Under the pieces are notes generated by a model that was not told where the DNA came from, did not search any database, and saw only the letters and a list, made by a program, of their open reading frames with translations. Below, piece by piece: positions 56,054 through 64,000 of a stretch of 64,000 nucleotides of DNA. Numbering within the stretch: position 1 is the stretch's first letter; the number at the start of each line of letters is the position of its first letter. Position numbers and translations under genes: made by a program. This stretch comes from Octopus sinensis. Lineage: Eukaryota. The DNA lies in NCBI RefSeq assembly GCF_006345805.1, contig NC_043013.1, positions 33,232,001 through 33,296,000 on the forward strand, in the 5' to 3' direction.

Positions 56054-56203
56054 GCATCGAAAATGCCTTAGGAATGAGAAAGTAGGCTAGAAAATTTCCC
56101 AAGACACCTGATGAAGGCTGGAGGGTATATGAGCCGAAACTTTCTGTTAACGACAAACAAGATGAAGATAAATATCCGTCAAATGTAAGTAATGTAAATA
56201 ATG
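55945..56203 (+). mobile_element. SINE family C, full length
   Basis: A-box-like TGGCGTAGTGA (55958), B-box GAGTTCGATTCC (56001), (AAT)n linker, hammerhead block, tail AAATGTAAGTAATGTAAATAAT. Confidence 0.87.
56101..56148 (+). ncRNA. Minimal type I hammerhead ribozyme motif (degenerate)
   Basis: AAGACAC-CTGATGA-A-GGCT(G)...(G)AGCC-GAAA-CTTT-CTGTT. Confidence 0.55.
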
Positions 56204-56499
56204 AATACATATTAGAATTAAATATTTGCTTAGTGGTATTGATTCGCTATTTTGCAACCTGTGCTCATATTCTGCCGAGGAGAACTGTCCCTTTCATCCA
56301 ACGGAATGGATAGAATAACTATCATAGACGTACTGAAGCTGAAGGTGATGTAAGCATCCATACACCATACTTGAAATTGTTGGTCACGAGCCAAAATTTT
56401 TATTATTATTATTATTATTGTTGTTGTTGTTGTCGTTGTTATTGTTGTTGTTTTGTTGTTGTTATTGTTATTTTTTAATTGTTATTAGTATTGTTGCTG

Positions 56500-56530
<31 letters not shown>

Positions 56531-56554
56531 CATTATTATTATTATTATTATTAT

Positions 56555-57130
56555 CTAATGAAGACTCTCAGCTTATTTTCCTGGTTATGATGGAAAGTGC
56601 TGGTTGCCCACAGCCAGTACCCTAAGTTGACACTTGTTTACTGGTCATGCTTCAAGAACCCTGCGCAGAGTTCTTGCAGTTCCAAGCAATGCTGATTTTC
56701 GTAGGTGTTCTACTTTCACACTTGCATCAATGTTTTTTCAGCCATGTTGGTACTTGATTGCTGATACTTCCACGTCTACTTTCCTCATTGACCCAAGCTT
56801 TCGTATTTCCCACTTCAAATCGTCACTGTTGTTTATTTTTTCTTCTCCTTTCATCTTGATCCTGTTGCCACCGAGGCATACTGGGTTGATTATCATGCAT
56901 GTTCTTTCTTTTCTATTCACTACAACAATGTCCGGTTTCCGATGTCTGGACGGTTGATCGCGCTGAATCATTGCGGCCCACAGGATTTTGCAATTCTTAT
57001 TCTTGGTGACTCCTTCTGCAGTTTGTTCTTTGCACTTCTTCGCTCTTTATAGGCCGACATTTTCACAGAGTTCCCAATAGATCATTTTTACCACATTGTC
57101 ATGGCGTCTTTTGAATTAAACCCCAACATA
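56555..57130 (-). mobile_element. 5'-truncated R4/Dong-like non-LTR retrotransposon (restriction-like endonuclease domain)
   Basis: RRHDNVVKMIYWELC; RHRKPDIVVVNRKERTCMII...EKINNSDDLKWEIRKL; LRKSALLGTARTLRRVLEA*; (TAA)n on both flanks. Confidence 0.9.
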
Positions 57131-57707
57131 TTTCTTTACTTCTTTACCTATTATTATTATTATTATTAATATTTTTATTATTAATAAAATTTAAAACTCC
57201 TTGATTGAGACTCTTGCAGCTTAAAGATTCGTAGGTCCCTCGTAGAAACTTAGCTCGCCGATATTAAGTAACCCGATGAGGTAGGCTTCAGTAGAAATTT
57301 TTTAATTAAATAGAGCCGAATCAATCTATTTTAAACAATACTCTGTATAACTCCCACTAAACGTGTTGAATGTCACTTTCGTATGTCCATTCACTCGTAC
57401 TATATACACATATGCAAACATATACACATTCATGCATACATATCTACATACATACGTATATACATATGTGTATGGTTGTATGTATGAGTTAATAAATACG
57501 AGTAAATATAAATGATGACAAAGTGGTAACTACATTTGCAATTTAAGAATCTTAGACTCAGTTCTATTTATTAAAATTTTTATTCCACAGAGCCGTCAAA
57601 TTTTCAATCTCTTAATCCTAATCAAAGTTATAATTCTTTATATGAGAAGAAATAGATTTAATTAGCGTAAATAGCAGAAAAATCTTCACACACATTGAAC
57701 CAGACAA

Positions 57708-57751
<44 letters not shown>

Positions 57752-58194
57752 TAATAAATAAAACATATGCATATACATATAAACATATATGTACGTACCT
57801 ACCTCTACATGTACATATACACGCATATATGATTACAGGACACCAAAAGGACGTCGAACACAATGAGAAACGAAAACAGACACAAACCCAAGGAACTGGA
57901 CATTTTTTAAAACGACAAAAAAATAGAGTATAGGACAATTAACACAAAGAAAAAACCCCTTCTTCAGTCGCTATGGTTTCATCTACTCTACGTTTCGAAG
58001 GTGATATATACATGGACACATACTTCTACATCCACACTCATATAAAAATATATGCACACAAATAAACTAAATAATCGTAGGCATGTATGTAAAGAGAAAA
58101 ACTGATACGAACCTCTCTTAATTTCTCACTTCTACTCCCTCTATATATCTCTGTCTCGCTATATGTGTGTGCTAAAAGATAAGTGTATGCATAC

Positions 58195-58400
58195 ACACTT
58201 TTTACACTTTTACTTGTTTCAGTCATTTGACTGCGGCACCGCCTTTAGTTGAGCAAATCGAACCCAGGACTTATTCTTTGTAAGCCTCGTACTTATTCTA
58301 TCAGTGTCTTCTACCGAACCACTAAGTTACGTGGACGTAAACACACCAGCATCGGTTGTCAAACGATGTTGGAGGGACAAACACAGACACACAGACATAT

Positions 58401-58432
<32 letters not shown>

Positions 58433-58608
58433 ATAAACATATATATGACGGGCTTCTTTCAGTTTCCGTTTGCCAAATCCACTCACAAGGCTTTGGTCGA
58501 CCCGAGGTGATAGTAGAAAACGCTTGCCCAAGGTACCACGCAGTGGGACTGAACCCGGAACCATGTGGTTGGTAAGCAAGCTACTTACCACACAGCCACT
58601 CCTGCGCC
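58195..58608 (-). mobile_element. SINE family B, full length
   Basis: All family B blocks present; ends CAGCCACTCCTGCGCC. Confidence 0.93.
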
Positions 58609-58649
58609 ATGTGTATAATCTATATATACTCCCCTATATATGTAGAAAA

Positions 58650-58682
<33 letters not shown>

Positions 58683-59074
58683 GATTATATGTATATGTAT
58701 ATGAATATATGTATGTATATGTATATATGTATATATATGTATATGTATATATATATGAATAAATGTATATATATGTATATTCTATGCACATACGCCCGTA
58801 CGTTTGTACAGGTAAATATACAAAATACGAGTATAATTTTTCCCTGTATAGATAAATGAATTAATAGAAATCAGAATGTAGCATATATCTATGTTTACAT
58901 TTTTCACATTCACATTTACACAAAAGGTATGTGCATTTCAGTTCCATACATTACTCATACATAGTTAAATATCCATGGGTGAATATACATTTTGTAACTA
59001 CAAATGAAAATATTTTTAATTATATACGTCTGTATGTATGGGAGGGCTCGCGTTGTTTAATTACACACCTATAC

Positions 59075-59120
<46 letters not shown>

Positions 59121-59141
59121 GAAATTTATATATACATATAC

Positions 59142-59188
<47 letters not shown>

Positions 59189-59424
59189 CATGATTCATCA
59201 AAAAACATTTTTCAATTTCTAATTTCCTATTGATTAACAGAAATGGCAGCAGCGATTATTTTTCTATTTTCGTTTCATACATTCTATTATATAGGGGTAG
59301 CGTTTGTTATCTTGTTATTTTACAACATTCTGTAAGAGATGGTTTGGGGTTGTGTTGGTCGTTGTAGTGGCAAGGGTAGAGCGGGTGGTCGTCGTAGCTG
59401 AACTGGTTTGTAATTTATTAGTTG

Positions 59425-59590
<166 letters not shown>

Positions 59591-59934
59591 TATTATATAT
59601 ATATTTTTTAATGTTGTATTTGCATATTTCTTTGTGTTGTGTGTGAGAGAGATTTAAGGATTGCGCCGAGGATGATTTATTTATTTTTGCTGCCATTCAT
59701 CAATGGAAACTTCCCAGAGAGAATTAGAACAATATTAACAAGGTATATATTGGAAAACTTATACATACAATAAATATAACAAAAAGCGGGAAATAGCAAC
59801 ATAGCTTCCTCTGAACATATAATGGAGAGTTTACATAAATACCAACACTGTTGTTACACACTACGTCTGCTATTATGATTATCGTCATAATCATCACCAT
59901 CTTCATGTTTGAAACCGTAATAATCAGTTTACAA

Positions 59935-60017
<83 letters not shown>

Positions 60018-60295
60018 CATATATATAGATATAGATATCTATATATATATATATTATAAGAGAAAGAGAGAGTGGAAGGGACAGAACGATAGAGAGAGAC
60101 AAAGTGAGCTGTTACCCCATCTGATTTTTTTTTAATTATTGCTAGTAGTAGAGTCACAGAAGGTGTCATTACTGCATACATTCCAAACGTTACAGTATAT
60201 ACATATATACATACATGCATGTAAGCACACACACACACACATACACACACGCACATACACACACACACTATATATATATATGTATGTATATATAT

Positions 60296-60327
<32 letters not shown>

Positions 60328-60569
60328 CGTAAATATGTATACATTAATGATTTGTAGGAAGTTCGTTATGGAAACATGATATGCTATAAAATTTAGTAAA
60401 TGTTTTATAAGTCAGTACCACGTTCTACAGTGTTATCAGTGCTTCTTACATTATTTTGTTAGTTATTTCTATAGATATGCTATAGAAATTATAACCAGCT
60501 CTCATTTTTGCCACACCATTTTTTTATCGGGACATCAGATGCACATATAGATGTATATATGTATATATG

Positions 60570-60608
<39 letters not shown>

Positions 60609-61356
60609 GGGGAGAGAGAGAAAGAGGGTGAGATATATGCATACATATTATACGTATACATACGCACACACATATATATATATATATGTGTGTGTGTGTA
60701 TGTATTTATATACAAGCATAATACCTCACGCACAAATATATATGGAGTCAGTACACAGCAGTGTCGCCCTCAAATTTATCCAATTCTATTTTAACCAACA
60801 TCAGCACCTAAAGCATTCACATATGACATACAACGAAGACCATTATAGTTATGACCATGTTACCTATCACTTTCCTAACTTCAGATGTAGTTAAAAAAAA
60901 AAGTACCATTTTTTTCTGCTAAATTCCAAAACCCTGTCATTACTAATTGTAGATTGATATACAAATACGGTAACTCTGTAAATGTATATTCTAATCCCTT
61001 GTTTTCATGTAGAATAACGATACCTAAAATTATCACAAGTATACTTGGAATATGAAATTAGAACATTTTAATCAAAGGTATTACCGGAGAGCTAAACCAT
61101 GACGACTCCATATAACACCTCAACATTCTCGATTTTATAGCGAGATTCCTATTTACGATAACAATCGCAAAATCGTCCAAACAACCTGGCGGTATAGCAC
61201 AAGAATGTTTTTGGAGAGAATCTGACTATTATTATAATCATAGAGTTGGTTTTTGAAGCATCTATATAGCATCTTGAACAAGTGACTTGTCCTATTTCCC
61301 CAGGCCGACCAATTTCTTGTGAGATTTGGTTGGCGGAACCTGTATAGAAGCTCGCC

Positions 61357-61404
<48 letters not shown>

Positions 61405-61409
61405 AATGC

Positions 61410-61652
61410 GCCCTTTTAAAGCCTAGCCAGTCTCATGGGCCCGGTTTCTCGGTTTCTATGGCGTATGTGTTCCCCAGCTGGACTGGGCGCCAGTCCATCG
61501 CAGCGTTACTCATTTTTGCCAGCGGAGTGGACTAGAGCAACGTGAAATGAAGTGTTTTGCTCAAGAACACAACGCGTCGCCGGTCCAGGAATCGAAACCA
61601 CAATCTTACGATCATGAGGCTGACACCCTAACCACTAAGCCACGCGCCTCCA
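61410..61652 (-). mobile_element. tRNA-derived SINE family D (central domain reminiscent of Nin/Deu-type SINEs)
   Basis: Head GTGGAGGCGCGTGGCTTAGTGGTTAGG...GGTTTCGATTCC; core GTGTTCTTGAGCAAAACACTTCATTTCACGTTGCTCTAGTCCAC. Confidence 0.8.
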
Positions 61653-64000
61653 CACACACACACACACACACACACCAGAGGCATATATATGCATATATAT
61701 ATATGTATATATATGTATATATATATATAATGTATATATATATATATACATATATGTATTTGTGTGCATATATATATATATATACATACATATATATATC
61801 TACATATGTACGTATAAGTGTATATATATATATATTGGTAAAAACGGTAAGATAACAAAAGAAAGAAAGAGACCTCAATATTATGTAAATAGAGGAAATT
61901 TATCTATAAAATAATATGTTATAATTATTCAATAGTCAAGATAAAACTCTGAGTTTCGGATGCCGAAGTGGAAATCCACAACACCATCTCTTCGGTTACC
62001 TGGCCATCTGAAAAACACTATGAAAAAATATCGTTATATAAAGGGAAATTACTGTGTTATAATTCCGCTACTTATATAAATTAAGATTAAAAGTTCATAG
62101 TAAACACGTAATAATGGCTACTAATACGCTCACATGTGCGCTCGCGGACCTACGTGCGTACTTATAAGTCACTATGAAAACGTACACGTCTTCACTCGCA
62201 TTTTTCGCCAAATGTATACGCATATATTTACAAACTCATACACACACACGCGTACCGTAAAAGTTCATACATACGTCTATATACGCACAAGCACAAGAAA
62301 AAACATGGTTAAAGGTAACAATACAGAAAAAAACATAAGGAAGTATACAAAGCGTAAAAACCACGTTCATATACGGACATGCCCTTATGCACTCATACAC
62401 ACACACGCCCATATATGTACATACTCGCACATGTATATATACGCATACACACACACGCACATACAAAAAAAGGAATATACATATGCCCCCCCCCCCCCAA
62501 AAAAAAAACCCTAAAAAATTGTAAAAATATTAAGTAAAAACGTCTATATATATGTATTCTTATGCCCGCACACGCGCACACATTTAAACATTTCGTCCAA
62601 ACTCTTAAAACTCCACCAAGCCAAGTTCCTAAAATGGGATTTAATTTATATATATACTAAGGATAAAATGAGATGTTTAATCTCGACGTCATATGAACTA
62701 AGAAACAAAGATATACGATATTTTAACGACACTTCTACAAATAATGCATTTTCCCTACATTAATAATCTTTATTTTTCATTTATGTATTGGTATGTATGC
62801 ATGTATGCATCCATGTATGTGAAAGGGAGAAACAAGCAATATTAACTCTCTGAGCAAGAAGTAGACAGTAGCAGCACGGAATCGATAAGGGCATTTGCCA
62901 CCTAAATGTGGCGGTCCCATAGGGGGCGATGCTACTGTTGATTATAGCCCCAGGAAGACATTTCCTCCAGCTGGCTAACGACACACTGTCTGTGTCTGAT
63001 TAGTATTTGCGAAGGGAAATCATACATGTATGTGTAAATACATGGATGTATGCATGTATATATTTGTATGTATACACACACATTTGTGTATATAAACGTA
63101 GGTGTATGTATATTCGTACATGTCACATATGTATATATGTGTGTGTGCATATATATATATGTATATATACATGCATATATATGTCTATATATATATATAT
63201 ACGTACATGCGTGAGTATATATATATATGTGTGTGTATAGCCCATTTAAGGGAAGAGGTATTGATAATTGTTATTTATTTCATATGTTAACGGTAAGAAT
63301 ACAACTTAAGATGGCTACGTCGGTGATGGTGAGATTTGAGTCCTATAGTTGTGGTTGTCAACCTCTTCTTTCGGGAAAAGGAAAAGCAAATATGATCATT
63401 TTTTTTCTCTTTTGTATGTATAGCAAAACAATTGCCGAAATAGCTGCAATAATTCCAACATTAACAGAAACAACGATAACAACAATTACATGAATAATAA
63501 TAACAACACAAACGAAAAATAACAGCAACAACGTTAGGAGTAATGGCGACACCTTTAATAATGACTGCTGCATTAACATCATTGGCTGTAACGACAACGA
63601 TTAGTGATAGCAGTAATAGTAAGCTCAATGACAATAAAAGCATTGATGAAAAGACAGCAGGAGGATACGTATATGCTCGGATGTGATTGGACATCAATGT
63701 AATAAGAGGTGAGAGGTGTAAGATTTGCGGAAATTTGTCAACGAAGAGCAAGGAATATGATTATATTCCCTCGAAGTATTATGCGAAACAATAAAAATGA
63801 ATGCTATTATGTTCAGATAGATACATATACAATATAATAGAAGCTACAAACAGCTTCTGCAAACGGGGGAACTAGCTGAGAATGCGCAGGTATAATACGA
63901 GGATGGTGAAAGCAGGGACATGCAAGGACATATAGGAAAATCGGTCGAGCATTTCCAAAGATAGTAATGAAACAATCACTGATGATTTATCTGGAGAAGA

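Overview
This is AT-rich, microsatellite-saturated eukaryotic DNA. The SINE families and repeat landscape suggest a cephalopod, probably Octopus; this is inferred from recognition, not a database search. Nearly every ORF in the supplied track is a microsatellite artefact. The interpretable content is: (i) at least five tRNA-headed SINE families, several multimeric or chimeric; (ii) decayed LINE fragments (R4/Dong-like with restriction-like endonuclease, RTE-like, CR1/Jockey-like); (iii) a DD37D (maT-type) Tc1/mariner transposase remnant and several MITEs; (iv) candidate minus-strand exons with strong splice signals (33911-33759, 12031-11971, 8157-8099, 7889-7659) that could encode a small membrane or secretory peptide, but no recognisable gene. 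The most notable observations are a tRNA-headed SINE whose three copies share a minimal type I hammerhead-ribozyme fold, a perfect 98-bp inverted repeat at 35488-35738, and a ~33-unit 22-bp minisatellite built from the first bases of a SINE head. No prokaryotic features, CRISPR array, rRNA or true tRNA genes were found.
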